A stretch of 64,000 nucleotides of DNA from Sminthopsis crassicaudata (Eukaryota), in contig NC_133620.1 of NCBI RefSeq assembly GCF_048593235.1, forward strand, positions 459,449,261-459,513,260, read 5' to 3'. The notes under the pieces are model-generated. The model was not told where the DNA came from, did no database searches, and saw only the letters and a program-made list of their open reading frames with translations. Numbering within the stretch: position 1 is the first letter of the stretch; each line of letters starts with the position of its first letter. The translations under genes and the position numbers were made by a program. Shown piece after piece: positions 63,130 through 64,000 of this stretch.

Positions 63130-63370
63130 CTCAAACTACCAGTCCAAAGGACTCTTGATAAAAGAAGTCACCCACCAACTGATGGGGAGATGAAGAATTA
63201 CAGTACGTAATTTTCTGGCCAGTCGGGAAACTGGTTTTTGATCAGCTACGACACGTTTGTGACAGTGGTTTGGATTTTATTGTTTTCTCAGGAGGAAGGA
63301 GGAAGGAAAAGTGAGAGGAAGGGAAGGCTGATCTTCCTTTGAAATTAATTTAATTTTTTTTTTAAGTTTG
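63130..63370 (+). mobile_element. Older L1 3'UTR fragment
   Basis: aaaggactcttgataaaagaagtcacccacc..gatggggagatg..; resembles 12930-13270. Confidence 0.55.
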
Positions 63371-64000
63371 TTGATTGATTTCTTCATTTCCTTAGCAATT
63401 AGTGCCCTTTCCCTCCAACGACTCAATCGATCAGTATTTGTGAAGCACTTTACTATGTTCCAGGGACTGTGCTAAGTGCAGGAGATGCAAAGAAAACATT
63501 AGAAGTCTTTTAGAGAAAATATCATGGTACCGTTGCATAGTCTGCCCTCTCTTTCCCTCCAGGTCCACTTCCCAACTTCCACCTCCAATTCAGGACTCCA
63601 AAAGAGAGAGTTGACTACAACTCCCCCCTCCATACTACTCTCCCCTCCAAGTTTCTAGGTCTAACTCTAAGAAGTGCTAGTGATTCTAGGACTATTAGAG
63701 GTCCCCACCAGTGTTACCCACTGATTATCAGCCATATTTAATTAGAGTTTAGAAAGGGAATTTACTAAGCAAGTTAAGGATAATTGTTAGACAAACTGTG
63801 GACAGATTTTCCCTTTGTATGACAAGATCCTTGGAGAAGAATGGGCTCAAAATCATATACGGTCAAAAAGTAAACAGTGCTTCTGGTAATTGGAAATCAT
63901 TTTCTCCCTCGGTAGAATCAATGAAGTTCCCCTTAAGCACAGTTACCTGTTAGGTTCCAAGGGTTGTTGTACTTAGAGAAAGCTGCCTTTCTTGGGTGTA

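Overview
This is AT-rich, strongly CpG-depleted vertebrate DNA. The repeat content points to a marsupial, most likely a dasyurid: WSINE1-like and Mar1-like CORE-SINEs, marsupial LINE-1 3' ends, MER63-like hAT elements and WALLSI-like SINEs. Family names are recognised from memory, not from a search. Much of the window is interspersed repeat or microsatellite, and five N-gaps all abut simple repeats. I recognise no named protein-coding gene, RNA gene or CRISPR array. The only ORF-track entries with real protein homology are decayed CR1/L3 reverse-transcriptase fragments at ~21.1-21.7 kb. The best-supported unusual features are: (1) a 5'-inverted L1 insertion whose 5' end carries a ~170 bp copy of DNA lying ~1 kb beyond its own target site; (2) two near-perfect hairpins (62.7 kb and 27.9 kb); (3) an unexplained ~1.3 kb unique segment with a 65-bp inverted duplication beside and within an L2 (57.4-58.7 kb); (4) two CpG-retaining, non-island promoter-like motif clusters (9.6 kb and 26.6 kb); (5) a 282-bp tandem duplication and a 26/29-bp higher-order minisatellite. 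Candidate splice-compatible exons are offered only as low-confidence hypotheses. I cannot demonstrate a new biological system from the sequence alone.
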